64,000 nucleotides of DNA from Malacoraja senta (Eukaryota): NCBI GenBank assembly GCA_038087875.1, contig CM075989.1:8682001-8746000 (forward strand), written 5' to 3'. Of the stretch, positions 63,632-64,000 are shown one piece after another. Made by a program: the position numbers and the translations under genes. Every line of letters begins with the position of its first letter. Position 1 is the stretch's first letter. Below the pieces are notes generated by a model. It had not been told where the DNA came from. It worked only from the letters and a program-made list of their open reading frames with translations, and searched no databases.

Positions 63632-64000
63632 AAACATTCTTGACTCTATTGACTTGACTATGATATTCGGCCAATCTAGGATGGTGGCGAGGGGTTTGGT
63701 GTAGTTTGCTGCTTGTCAAGATGCCAGGTGAAAGGAAGGTGAGGACAATCATGCTGTGGGGACTTGAGGTGAGACTTGCTGTAACGTTGACCCTTTCTGC
63801 CCCAACCCACGCGCCCCTGTCGACCCTCAGCCGGAGTCTGCCATCACTTCCATTACCCACACCTGGAGTCACCGGGAGTCATAGAGTTACACAGCGTGGG
63901 AACAGGCTCTTCGGCCCATCTTGCCCACACCGACCAACGTTCCAGCTACACTAATCGCACCTACCTGCCTTTGGCCCATACCCTCCAAACCTGTCCCATC

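Noticed and set aside
63353..63872. ORFs spanning the N run
   Set aside because: Artefacts of the assembly gap.

Overview
Vertebrate genomic DNA, most likely a cartilaginous fish (skate/ray), inferred from abundant HE1-type SINEs and CR1/HER1-type LINE ends. The only host gene I can support is ANP32A on the + strand: coding exons 2-7 (8755-21138) plus a 3' UTR; exon 1 lies upstream of the window. The rest is repeat-rich intron and intergenic DNA. It holds a full-length but frameshifted Gmr1-type LTR retrotransposon (34999-40936; integrase upstream of RT, tRNA-Pro PBS, 5-bp TSD, SCAN-like capsid), a 5'-truncated L1 (43082-45335), a Harbinger-type MITE (46853-47347), Penelope (GIY-YIG) remnants, many tRNA-SINEs and CR1/Rex1 fragments, mini/microsatellites and a 200-N gap. 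The most interesting signal is a very abundant Penelope-terminal repeat carrying a hammerhead-ribozyme-like core (CUGAAGA...GAAAC-GUC/GUU). It appears to move as a discrete 93-98 bp TSD-flanked unit, forms snap-back palindromes centred on the ribozyme hairpin, and in one case carried an inverted copy of nearby intronic sequence. All calls are by eye; no database searches were run, so family names and novelty are unverified.
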